64,000 bases of DNA, from positions 492-64,491 of the forward strand of contig JAFLCQ010000004.1 of assembly GCA_017302815.1 (NCBI GenBank), given 5' to 3'. The notes beneath the pieces were generated by a model. It searched no databases. It saw only the letters and a list, made by a program, of their open reading frames with translations, and had not been told where the DNA came from. This DNA comes from Planctomycetota bacterium. GTDB lineage: Bacteria; Planctomycetota; UBA11346. Below, piece after piece: positions 36,211 to 45,220 of the stretch. The position numbers were made by a program, and so were the translations under genes. Position 1 is the first letter of the stretch. Each line of letters starts with the position of its first letter.

Positions 36211-37188
36211 ATGCCCACACCCCAACTCGGCCGTTTGCGGCGCATCGACGACCTGCGAAAGTATTGGGAGCGCGAAGACACGGATTTCACGCCGTGGCTC
36301 GCCAAGCCCGAGAATATCAAGCTCATCAGCGAGGCGACCGATCTGGATCTGGAAGTCGTGGCCGAGGAGAAGGATGTCGGCCCGTTCCGTGCTGACATCC
36401 TCTGCCGCGACACCCTCAGCGGTCATTGGGTCGTGGTGGAGAACCAGTTGGAGTGGACAGACCACACGCACCTCGGGCAGATCGTCACGTACGCCGCCGG
36501 TCTCGATGCGCGGGCCGTGGTGTGGATTTCATCCCGAATCACCCCCGAGCATCGGGCCGCGATCGACTGGCTGAACTCCATCGCATCAGCCAAGGTCGGG
36601 TTCTTCGCCCTCGAACTGGAACTGTGGGCCATCGAGGGGTACGACAAACCGGCTCCTCATTTCACGGTCGTGGCCAGGCCGAACGATTGGCAGCGCGCTG
36701 TGGCCGAGGCCGGCGAAGCCGCCGAACGCAGCGATCTGTCCGACCTCCGGAAGTCGTATGTGGAATACTGGACGGCATTCGCGGCGCTCTGCATGCAGCG
36801 CAAGACGCCGTTCAACATGCGGAAGCCCGGACCCTACCACAACACCGATGCATCCATCGGTCGGAGCGGGTTCACGATCTCGCCCCAGCTCTACCCTGAG
36901 TCGAAGTCCATCTGCGTGTCTCTGACCGTGCGCGGTGATCCACAGGGGACCGTGTTCAAGGCGATCATGGACCAACGATCCATGATCGAGCGCGACCTCG
37001 GTATGACGCTCGAATGGGATCAGAAGCCGGGCCGGGCGCAGAACTACATCACCTGCGCCAAGGACGTGACGGACGTCCTCGACAGGTCCGGATGGTCGTC
37101 CCAGCAGGCATGGATGGCCGACACCATGACCGCGTTCCATCGCGTATTCCAACCGATCGTGCGCGGCCTCGACATCGGTGACCAGTGA
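36211..37188 (+). CDS. DUF4268-family protein with N-terminal PD-(D/E)XK-like domain
   Basis: ATG at 36211. DLRKYWEREDTDFTPWLAKPENIKLISEATDLDLEVVAEEKDVGPFRADILCRD...VVVENQLEWTDHTHLGQIVTYAAGLDA...WISSRITPEHRAAIDWLN is the characteristic N-terminal block of DUF4268 proteins often embedded in type I R-M loci. Confidence 0.7.
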   Translation: MPTPQLGRLRRIDDLRKYWEREDTDFTPWLAKPENIKLISEATDLDLEVVAEEKDVGPFRADILCRDTLSGHWVVVENQLEWTDHTHLGQIVTYAAGLDARAVVWISSRITPEHRAAIDWLNSIASAKVGFFALELELWAIEGYDKPAPHFTVVARPNDWQRAVAEAGEAAERSDLSDLRKSYVEYWTAFAALCMQRKTPFNMRKPGPYHNTDASIGRSGFTISPQLYPESKSICVSLTVRGDPQGTVFKAIMDQRSMIERDLGMTLEWDQKPGRAQNYITCAKDVTDVLDRSGWSSQQAWMADTMTAFHRVFQPIVRGLDIGDQ

Positions 37189-37481
37189 TGGCCGGCGCCC
37201 GCAAGCCGTCCACGGCCGAAGAGACGGCGGCCAATCGCCACAACGGCTCTGCCCAGGTGAAAGCTACGCTAGGGCCAGCGAAGTCCCTGGAGCCCTACCA
37301 AGCCGCAGCCAAGGCCCCAAATTTCTCGTTCTTCATCTGGTCGGTGGCCAATCTACTGCGCGGCGATTACAAGCAGTCTGATTTCAGCAAGGTCATCCTA
37401 CCATTCACGTCACTGCGTTGCTTCATTTGCGCGTTAAAATCCACAAAGCAGCTGGAGGGAACCAATGATTCCGACTATTGA
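37188..37481 (+). pseudogene. hsdM: Truncated N-terminal stub of a type I R-M methyltransferase (hsdM-like)
   Basis: FSFFIWSVANLLRGDYKQSDFSKVILPFTSLR matches the HsdM N-terminal domain motif. Similarity stops near 37425, exactly where base composition switches to AT-richer DNA. The reading frame then ends after unrelated residues. No methyltransferase domain anywhere downstream. Confidence 0.6.
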
Positions 37482-40400
37482 TTTCAGCAAAGTTCGGGCG
37501 ATCGATGGAGATCAGCAGAAAGGGTTCGAGGAATTAGTCTGCCAGTTATTTAATGATCCGCAGCGTCCAACCGCTATTCGCAGGATTGAAGGAAGCGGAG
37601 GTGATGGTGGAGTTGAGTTGATTGAGATCGATGCCAAGGGAACTGCGATTTCCGGATGGCAGGCGAAATGCTTCTTCAAGGTCGATAACGCGCAATGGAT
37701 GCAGATTTACAAGTCTATTATCACGGTACTGAAGGTGCATCCCAGCCTGACCTCGTACACTATCTGTCTTCCAATCGACCTTACCGGGGCAAAAAATGGC
37801 AAAAAAGGAAGAAGAATCAAAGGCCAGTGGGGAAAGTGGCAGGAGGTTCTTAGAAAAATCACGAAGGGAAAGCCAAGGGGGATCGTTCGCTTGCTGACAA
37901 GAAAAGACCTTGTCAGTTCCCTTCTGGAAAAGGACGGCCAGATCCCTGGATTCATCAGTTATTGGTTCGGTGAAGGTGTCCTTGATCAAAAATGGTGGTC
38001 CTCCCACAGAGATCGAACCCGCGCAGCGTTCCATTGGAGTTATGATCCATCGTTGTCGGTCTGGACGCCGCTTCGGGCCGCCTTAGACGCCTGGGCGGAG
38101 ACGGCCACTTGGCGAAAAAGCGTCGTCTCTCTTTCCTCCAGTCTTCAAAACGCCATCAATTCAACGTGTGCACTGCTCGTTTCAACCGACAGCAAGGTCA
38201 TACGGGCGATTACAGACCTGAAATCTCTCGGAAACAGAATTGAACAGATGGTCAGTCGACAGAGTTCAGGAGACAGTCCCTCTGCGTATGTCGATCTATG
38301 TTCAGAAATTGTTGAAGTGATTGAATATGCCAGAGACTTTGGTGATGATTACAAAGTAAGGTGCTACAATCAGTGTCTTGAGCGGTGCACTACGATCGCA
38401 TCAGCATTTATGGAGAAAAACCCCCATGCCGTGCATATATCGTCCAACAAGAAGTTGTTGATTATCTCCGGTGGTTCAGGTACGGGGAAGAGTCACCATG
38501 TGGCTGCCTTCGCGGATGCAGAGTGCGTCGCTTCACAAACAGGGGTTGGTGCAACGGTCGTGCTGACTGCGTCCAAGGGCAACGAGAGACGCAGTCTTGA
38601 TCTTCTGAACGGAGTTTGCGATGGCTGTTCTTGGAGTCAGGATCTTGATGGTCTGCTCACGGCCCTGTCGTGTGAAGCCGCTTTGAGAGGTGGATACGCC
38701 GTTCTCATGATCGATGCGCTCAACGAAGCGGCTTATTGGCGAGAATGGCCGGAAGCGCTCGCTCTTCTGTTGGCGAGGATCAAGATTACCCCTCGTGTCC
38801 GTATCGTCATTACGCTTCGTCCAGAATATCAAGACGCCATATGCAAGACAATCGCACAAGATCCAGCAGTGGCCCGTGTCTTCCACCGAGGCTTTCGGGG
38901 ACAAGCCGATCGCGCCATCGACGCCTACATGGATCACTACCGCATCTCCCGGCCAGCGACCGTGGCGCTCCGAGAGTTAGCCGATCATCCACTTTTCCTC
39001 AAGTTGTTCTGTATGGCCTTCGCAGGCCGCTCCATAGCAGCTAGTGATGTATGCAATTCCCTCTTTGGGATCGTCGGACTCATCGATCTCTGGATCGAAT
39101 GGCTTGAAGAACGGCTCGCGGAGAAATGTGACGTCGATAAGAAAGCGAAAATTGCACGACGTTCCATTGAGGCTCTCGCTTCGTTGATGATGCGACAGGG
39201 CAGGGAGCATGTGGAGCGGGACCTAGTCTCGACCGAGTTGCAGCGTCTGCATCCTACAACCACACATCAGAAAAGTCTGCTAGCCTTCCTTTTGGGGGAA
39301 TGCGTGATTGAGGAGTACCTCGCTCTGATTGGGTCGCAGGAAGTCGATTGCATCCGCTTTTCGTTTCAACGACTCACAGAACTGACTATTTCGCGGATCC
39401 TGGTCGGTAACTGGACCAAGGCTGGTGATTGTGTCTCGGATACAACACTGCCGCATCTCCTGGACGGCAATCGCGCGGAGGGGGGCAATCGACTGTCGCT
39501 TCCTGGATGTCTGGACATCCTCACTCTGCTTTTTTCCGAGAAATTCTCTACTGAGATATTTGAGGTGATGCCGCAGATTGGGTGCCCAGCCACGCAGATG
39601 GACTGGTATGTAGGTCCACCGATCACAGCGATGGATGCCGCTTTGGCGGCGGGGATAACGAGCCGGTCACATCGGTCACTGACCGCTGCATTCAGAACAT
39701 GGCTCGACTCACGATTGAAAGACGGTGATCTGCTGGTGTGGAATGAAGTCATCCGCAGCGCATGTTACGAGAAGCACCCACTAAGTGCGACGACCTGGCT
39801 TCATCCCCACCTGCATGTCATGCCGGTTTTGAAGCGTGATGCGTATTGGTCGGTTCCACTTGGAAATCTGTACGATCCGGTTCGGAAAGACAGGTACTCA
39901 CATCGACCAGTAGGCATGTATGATCCTCGGGTTGGGCATTCGGTCGTCAAAGAACTCCTGGGATGGATCGAGGGACTTAGCCCAACCACCCTTCAAAGCA
40001 TCAATACTGGTGCTATCGGAGAGGTGGCGCTGGTCTTGTGCTGGTTCTTCACCTCAAGTCATCGTTTCCTGCGGGACCGGTCCTCAATGGCCCTCGCTAA
40101 GGTCCTGCTGCATCACCCCGGGTTGTTTGCCGATGTGACCCGGCTCTCATCCACCTGCAATGATGTTTACGTCATTGAGCGGGTGCTCGCAGCGCTGTAT
40201 GGCGCCATGCTGCGCAACGCTGCTCTCCGGCACGATGACATCCTGTCCTGGATCCAAGCCAACCATGCCTCAAGAACGTGGTCGAGTGATGTGGTCATAC
40301 GTGACTACTGCCTGTCGATTGAAGCCTTCTGTCGCTTGCGAAGTGGTCTTCCGCCCGGATCAACCCTCTCCTTCCCGAAGCTACCAAGCATCGATTTTAA

Positions 40401-41982
40401 AAAGCTGAAGAGCCGCAAGCATCTCGATGCGAAGGTCAGAAAATTTGAAAAGACAACTGCGCAACGGACAAGCATCGAAGAGATCAACCGCTCCCTTACC
40501 TGCCAAGCTGGTGACTTCACCAACTACTGCCTCGGTGACACGGACAAATTCACACAGCATCTACGCACGAAGGCTCCTCCTGCCATACGGCCTAAACTCA
40601 CCGAGCTGTCGAACGAAGCTCTTGCGGTGCTGAAAAATATGCTCTCAGAAACAAGATTAAAGAGCATTACCAGAAGCAAAAAGTTAGATGCGTTTCAGGA
40701 GGCATTGGATTATCTCCATGCGAAGAACGGGGTATTGAAGGACGCCCTGATGGTATCGTCCGATATCGTCCAGAGGTGGATGATGACCGATATCATGCGT
40801 CAATATACCGAAGCCGGACCGGTTATTTCAAAAATCGATGTCTACGATGCGACCTGGAACTCAGGAGGGCGAGAGAGCCATAAGGCAGAACGCTTGGGGA
40901 AGAAGTATCAGTGGATCTCGCTTAGATCGCTCCTGTCTCGACTCTGCGACAACTACTGGCAAAGAAATGGATATGGAAGCCGGGCCACGTGGGAGGTGGC
41001 GCCGCCTCCGTACGAATTCGGCATGCGGGAAATTGATTGCAGCCTCTCCCATGAAGCGGTTCATCCGCAGACTGATAGCGAAGGTGGGGAGTCCTCGTCA
41101 CTCGGTTTCTGGTGGTCGGGGATGACGTTTGACGAGTCCATCCTGCAGGGAACCGCGTTAGCGGATGAATGGCGACGCAATGCTGGTTGCTGCTTGGTCA
41201 AACGGTGGACTCCCGTGCGGCAGGAGTCCAGGCACACGCCTCCACAGGTTGTGCTGTCGCAACATGGGAATTCAAATGGGGAATTGATTGGAGATAACGG
41301 TGTCGCCTTGAAGCGGATGGAATTTGCCATCGCCTCGTTCCTAGTGAAGGAAGCCAATGTTTCCGATGTCCTCGAAACTCTGGGTTCGTGTAGCTTCATG
41401 AATCGCGACCTTTTCCGATGGTATCAGCAGATGCCTCAATGGATTGGTGAATGGCCATGGCATCCTGCTCTGGCTGAGAACGATGAGTCCGCCCGCATAA
41501 CGAAAAACCGTGCCACCAGAGATCAGGGTATTCTCTGTATTCCCACGACCTATGACCTTCTCCATGAGCCTGGATATGACTGCTCTCTTTCGGAGAGTTT
41601 TTCTGTCGATCTTCCCTGCCAAAGTCTGATCCGTGACGGTTCGCTCACGTGGAGTGGATATCCCGGCGAGTACGTGCATGACGACCTGGTTGTTATCTCG
41701 GACCCCGCACTACGCAATGGAGCCGGACCTCGCGGATTGGTGATGCACGAAGAGTTCCTGCGAGGTTACTTGATAAAGAATCGACAGTCTCTAATCACTA
41801 TCGGTATTGCCGAGTGGTGGTATGGAACCGAGGAGGCCGGACGAAATGTGGCTTGGGGAGTGACCTGCCTTGCCAATGCGATGATGGCCAATGGAAGAAA
41901 AGTCGGATATGCCCAACAATGGGCATTGCTAACTAACGGAGGCCGCGAAGAACTTGTAAAACGAATTGCTTGGAATCGGTAA
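37465..41982 (+). CDS. Avs-like antiviral STAND NTPase with N-terminal Mrr-like PD-(D/E)XK nuclease (1505 aa)
   Basis: RBS GGAGGG 7 nt before the ATG. N-terminus GSGGDGGVELIEID...GWQAKCF resembles the Mrr_cat D-E-QxK core. Walker A GGSGTGKS at 38470-38493; Walker B VLMIDALNEA from 38701. About 1000-aa C-terminal region without recognisable repeats. Markedly lower G+C than its flanks. Confidence 0.65.
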   Translation: MIPTIDFSKVRAIDGDQQKGFEELVCQLFNDPQRPTAIRRIEGSGGDGGVELIEIDAKGTAISGWQAKCFFKVDNAQWMQIYKSIITVLKVHPSLTSYTICLPIDLTGAKNGKKGRRIKGQWGKWQEVLRKITKGKPRGIVRLLTRKDLVSSLLEKDGQIPGFISYWFGEGVLDQKWWSSHRDRTRAAFHWSYDPSLSVWTPLRAALDAWAETATWRKSVVSLSSSLQNAINSTCALLVSTDSKVIRAITDLKSLGNRIEQMVSRQSSGDSPSAYVDLCSEIVEVIEYARDFGDDYKVRCYNQCLERCTTIASAFMEKNPHAVHISSNKKLLIISGGSGTGKSHHVAAFADAECVASQTGVGATVVLTASKGNERRSLDLLNGVCDGCSWSQDLDGLLTALSCEAALRGGYAVLMIDALNEAAYWREWPEALALLLARIKITPRVRIVITLRPEYQDAICKTIAQDPAVARVFHRGFRGQADRAIDAYMDHYRISRPATVALRELADHPLFLKLFCMAFAGRSIAASDVCNSLFGIVGLIDLWIEWLEERLAEKCDVDKKAKIARRSIEALASLMMRQGREHVERDLVSTELQRLHPTTTHQKSLLAFLLGECVIEEYLALIGSQEVDCIRFSFQRLTELTISRILVGNWTKAGDCVSDTTLPHLLDGNRAEGGNRLSLPGCLDILTLLFSEKFSTEIFEVMPQIGCPATQMDWYVGPPITAMDAALAAGITSRSHRSLTAAFRTWLDSRLKDGDLLVWNEVIRSACYEKHPLSATTWLHPHLHVMPVLKRDAYWSVPLGNLYDPVRKDRYSHRPVGMYDPRVGHSVVKELLGWIEGLSPTTLQSINTGAIGEVALVLCWFFTSSHRFLRDRSSMALAKVLLHHPGLFADVTRLSSTCNDVYVIERVLAALYGAMLRNAALRHDDILSWIQANHASRTWSSDVVIRDYCLSIEAFCRLRSGLPPGSTLSFPKLPSIDFKKLKSRKHLDAKVRKFEKTTAQRTSIEEINRSLTCQAGDFTNYCLGDTDKFTQHLRTKAPPAIRPKLTELSNEALAVLKNMLSETRLKSITRSKKLDAFQEALDYLHAKNGVLKDALMVSSDIVQRWMMTDIMRQYTEAGPVISKIDVYDATWNSGGRESHKAERLGKKYQWISLRSLLSRLCDNYWQRNGYGSRATWEVAPPPYEFGMREIDCSLSHEAVHPQTDSEGGESSSLGFWWSGMTFDESILQGTALADEWRRNAGCCLVKRWTPVRQESRHTPPQVVLSQHGNSNGELIGDNGVALKRMEFAIASFLVKEANVSDVLETLGSCSFMNRDLFRWYQQMPQWIGEWPWHPALAENDESARITKNRATRDQGILCIPTTYDLLHEPGYDCSLSESFSVDLPCQSLIRDGSLTWSGYPGEYVHDDLVVISDPALRNGAGPRGLVMHEEFLRGYLIKNRQSLITIGIAEWWYGTEEAGRNVAWGVTCLANAMMANGRKVGYAQQWALLTNGGREELVKRIAWNR

Positions 41983-42441
41983 CCCGTTGATCAGTCATGT
42001 GAAAATCTATTCGTTTTCCAAAATTAACGTGCACCACCGGTCAAGACTGGCGCGGCTGGCCATCTAACATATCCGGAGAGGCGTCAGATCAGATGATGGG
42101 ATCTGTGTAGATGGTTACCCATTCCGGCGCAGGCGTTGCGGTGGGCGGCGGCCAGGGAGCCATTGAACAGCCAATAGCCTACGTCTTTGCCGAACGCGAT
42201 CTCCTCGTCAGCTCAGGCCTTTGCCTGGGCCGGTCCTAGGCAGCAGCAAACCGACCGTTTTGGACGACTAGGATGCAGATGCGGCGATCCTGGTCGCGGA
42301 TAAGCTAGGAAGCGCAGGCGGGGTCCGCGGTCATGCGTGAGCGCGAAAGAAGAACCAGCCTTGCTCTCGCTGCTGAGAATCGGTTGATGGACACAGGATT
42401 AGGAACGAGGAGATTATTCTTGTGCGATATACACGGGTGGC

Positions 42442-43326
42442 CTACGAAGCCGGAAATCTATCGTTGAAAACCATGTCCCAATACCGGTGCGCTGTCTCCT
42501 GGTCGCGGCTGAGTTCAGCCGCGAGCGCACGTTCGGCCTTGTCCAAGGCGGTCGCGGCATGTTCGGTCGCCAACCTGGCCTTTGGCCCTGAATCGGCCGC
42601 CTGAACGCGGCCGGAGACGCCCATCGGATCGTTAATCGCGCGGCATCCCCGATGTCGCAGGGTTCTGAACGCGGCAATGAGGCACTCCTGATAACTTTTG
42701 ACCCCGGAAAACGTCCGTTCGCTGGCAAAAAGAATCTCCATGTGGAAGGATGAGATGGGGGTGCGCGGACGGCGGCAATCGCGCCAAAATTTCAAGATTT
42801 GGATGCAGGCCGCGAACTTGTGCCCGCTGCTGGCGTGGGCTTCCTCGATGAGGACGCCGTGCGCCTCTGGTGATGTAGGCATCCAATCCCCTGCCGCCGA
42901 CGGGATTAGGAAGAGAGGCCGATTCACGCCCTTGGCGGGATGCATGCCTTGGAAAATTGCCGGCACCACGTCAACGTCCCCGTCATCGAAACGGCAAACG
43001 ACGGCTTGGCCGTCCCGATTGCTGTCGGTCTTCGGGAAGCGCGTTCCGAGGGCGCCCCGAACGCGATTCAGCATGGTTGTACCGGAAACGTACCCATTCC
43101 CCCAACGTGCCGATTCGCGGGTAAATACCGCAAGCAGGTCCATGTCGCTGATTCCGCGAACGGCGCTACCGCGGGAATAGCTCCCGATCCGGCGGACGCC
43201 CTTGATTCCGCGAGCGGACCTCAAGCAGGCGTCGATTTCCGCTGCATGGCGAGACTTCGCCGTGAGTTCAGCCGCGGTGGGTTGGATCCTCCGTATGAGG
43301 GATTGGAAGCGGTCGGCGATCGACAC
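42442..43326 (-). CDS. SMODS/CD-NTase-like nucleotidyltransferase, paralog C (last gene of operon)
   Basis: Pol-beta NTase signature RIGSYSRGSAVRGISDMDLL plus third carboxylate in DGDVDVVPA. C-terminal tail YWDMVFNDRFP is shared with the two paralogs. Confidence 0.65.
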   Translation of the reverse strand: MSIADRFQSLIRRIQPTAAELTAKSRHAAEIDACLRSARGIKGVRRIGSYSRGSAVRGISDMDLLAVFTRESARWGNGYVSGTTMLNRVRGALGTRFPKTDSNRDGQAVVCRFDDGDVDVVPAIFQGMHPAKGVNRPLFLIPSAAGDWMPTSPEAHGVLIEEAHASSGHKFAACIQILKFWRDCRRPRTPISSFHMEILFASERTFSGVKSYQECLIAAFRTLRHRGCRAINDPMGVSGRVQAADSGPKARLATEHAATALDKAERALAAELSRDQETAHRYWDMVFNDRFPAS

Positions 43327-43333
43327 GGGCTGG

Positions 43334-44335
43334 TCAACCGACTACCTTGGCCGCTTCGGCCACCATCTGCTCGACTGAAAAAGCCGCTCGGCGTTCCAAT
43401 TTGTTCCGCATCGCGTTGTACACCGAGTCGAAAACCAGCGGGCTGCTGCGCCGGTGCTCAAATATCTCGTCCTGGATCTGCCTCGAACGGGCCGCCAGCG
43501 TGGCCTCGTCGAGACCGGCGAGGGCCTCCGCCCAGACGCGCTCCAAGGCGTCCTTGATGCGTTGGGACCGGTCACCGGCGGCGCGGTTCTCCCTGAAATT
43601 CCTGATGCCCAACAAGAGCAGCGGGGCTGCCGGCGCAAGGCTCGCCAGGATGAGCGTCTTGGCGTCGAAGCCCTTCGTGACGGGAATGAGGACGATCGCG
43701 AGCGCCAGGATGATGGTGCAGGCGAGGACAGTGTTGGCGTACCTGCGCCGGATGCACATGTCGTATGCGCAGTTCTCCCGCTGGCAGACGATCCGCCCGA
43801 ACCGCTCCGGGATACGATCGACTGCGGGCGAATACCAGTTTTCCAGTCCCTGCTTCGACGGCGCGATCCCGAACCGGGCCAATACCCAGGACGCGCCCCT
43901 GATCGCAGCGGACACCGGTTTTCCAAGCACCGACCACACCGTTCGGCCCGGTACGTCCGGGGAGACGGCGGCGTACGCGTCGGCCAGTGAGACGACCGCC
44001 TCCGGATCGGGTCGACGCCCGATTTTAACCGGGTTCCACTCGATGCCCAGGACGTAGGCGTCGAAGGCCTCCTGAATCCTGGCCGAATCCTCGCGCATCT
44101 TCTGCAAGGCCGGGGCGATGAGCAGGAGATCGAGGACCGCGAACGCGAATCCCCAAATGGCCAGGTAGGGCTTGGGACTTGGGTCGAGCCAAAGCCAGAC
44201 GCTCCCAGCGAGAGCGACTGGGCCGGCGACGAACATCTGGAGACCGAACAGGCGCTTCGCCGCAGTGTAGCCGTGGCGCTGGGCGGAGAGCCAAGTGAGC
44301 GGGAGAGTCTCGTTCTGGCGGGATGCGATGGGCAT
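43334..44335 (-). CDS. Four-TM effector, S-4TM-like (SMODS-associated)
   Basis: TM pairs LFGLQMFVAGPVALAGSVWLWL / YLAIWGFAFAVLDLLLIAPAL and VLACTIILALAIVLIPV / LILASLAPAAPLLLLGI. Between them lies the soluble segment ARIQEAFDAYVLGIEWNP. Embedded between NTase genes with 3-nt and 7-nt gaps. Confidence 0.55.
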   Translation of the reverse strand: MPIASRQNETLPLTWLSAQRHGYTAAKRLFGLQMFVAGPVALAGSVWLWLDPSPKPYLAIWGFAFAVLDLLLIAPALQKMREDSARIQEAFDAYVLGIEWNPVKIGRRPDPEAVVSLADAYAAVSPDVPGRTVWSVLGKPVSAAIRGASWVLARFGIAPSKQGLENWYSPAVDRIPERFGRIVCQRENCAYDMCIRRRYANTVLACTIILALAIVLIPVTKGFDAKTLILASLAPAAPLLLLGIRNFRENRAAGDRSQRIKDALERVWAEALAGLDEATLAARSRQIQDEIFEHRRSSPLVFDSVYNAMRNKLERRAAFSVEQMVAEAAKVVG

Positions 44336-44338
44336 GAG

Positions 44339-45211
44339 CTAATAATAGTAAGTCGGGAACTCGTAGTTATAGACGAGACGCCACCAGTCGAACGCTTCCG
44401 AGACGTTGCTCGCCTCGGCGGCGGCCCGCGCCTTCTCGGCACGCCCCAAGGCGGTTCCCAGCTTGGACAGCGCATCCGTCCGTTGATCGGCGGTCTTGCA
44501 GGCCCGGATCAGCCCCGACACTCCCATCGGGTCCTGCATGTCGGCAAGGCCGACGTCAGACAGGAGCTTCAACACTCGTTTGACGTCCATATCGTAAATA
44601 ATCGCCTTCTCACCCTCGGCGTACTTGGCGACCCGTAGTTCCAGATAGAAGCTGGAGACGGGCACGTTGCAGAAATATTTCCAAGCCTTGATGAACCTGA
44701 CGAGGGGCTTGACCTTCCCGCCGAGTCGGCCGTCGACGTCCGCCACGTATGCGTTGTGAGCATCCGGGCTGGCGCGCATCCACCCGCCAGCGCAGTCCGC
44801 GATGTCGTAGACCTTGCGGTCGCGCTCGTCCCCGATGTAGTGGGCCGGGACTACTTCGGTCCGGTCTGCGGCCGTGCCTCCGAAGGGGACGCAGACCGCC
44901 GGGCAATCGACCCGGACGCCCGTGTTCGGGAACCTCGCGTCCAGCGCTTCTCGGATTTTTCGCAAGGAGTAGTCCGAATTGGACGACAGCTTGTCCCCAG
45001 GGATGCTCGCGAGGTAATCGACGTCACTGTAGCCGGAAATGCTCGTGCCGTTCCCGAACGAGCCGATTCGCGCGAACCTCCGGAGCCCGAAATTGTCTTT
45101 CAGGCACGCCTCGATGGAGGCCCGGTGTGAACTGGCCGCCGCCGACTCCGAATCGGTTGGCGTCAGGCGGGAGAGAAAATCGCGGAAACCCTCGTCGATA
45201 GTTCTTGGCAT
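44339..45211 (-). CDS. SMODS/CD-NTase-like nucleotidyltransferase, paralog B
   Basis: RIGSFGNGTSISGYSDVDYL. The third acidic position reads DRTEVVPA (Glu instead of Asp). C-terminal tail WWRLVYNYEFP. Confidence 0.65.
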   Translation of the reverse strand: MPRTIDEGFRDFLSRLTPTDSESAAASSHRASIEACLKDNFGLRRFARIGSFGNGTSISGYSDVDYLASIPGDKLSSNSDYSLRKIREALDARFPNTGVRVDCPAVCVPFGGTAADRTEVVPAHYIGDERDRKVYDIADCAGGWMRASPDAHNAYVADVDGRLGGKVKPLVRFIKAWKYFCNVPVSSFYLELRVAKYAEGEKAIIYDMDVKRVLKLLSDVGLADMQDPMGVSGLIRACKTADQRTDALSKLGTALGRAEKARAAAEASNVSEAFDWWRLVYNYEFPTYYY

Positions 45212-45220
45212 AGATGTGCG

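Noticed and set aside
42024-42040. GTGCACCACC resembling the tRNA-Leu 3-prime end GCGCACCAC as a possible attR
   Set aside because: Only about 7-8 nt match, far too short, and there is no extended identity with 5640-5666.
43342-44475. 377-aa minus-strand ORF in an alternative frame over the 4-TM gene
   Set aside because: Ser/Arg/Pro-rich product. The 43334..44335 frame gives four clean TM helices and fits the operon spacing.
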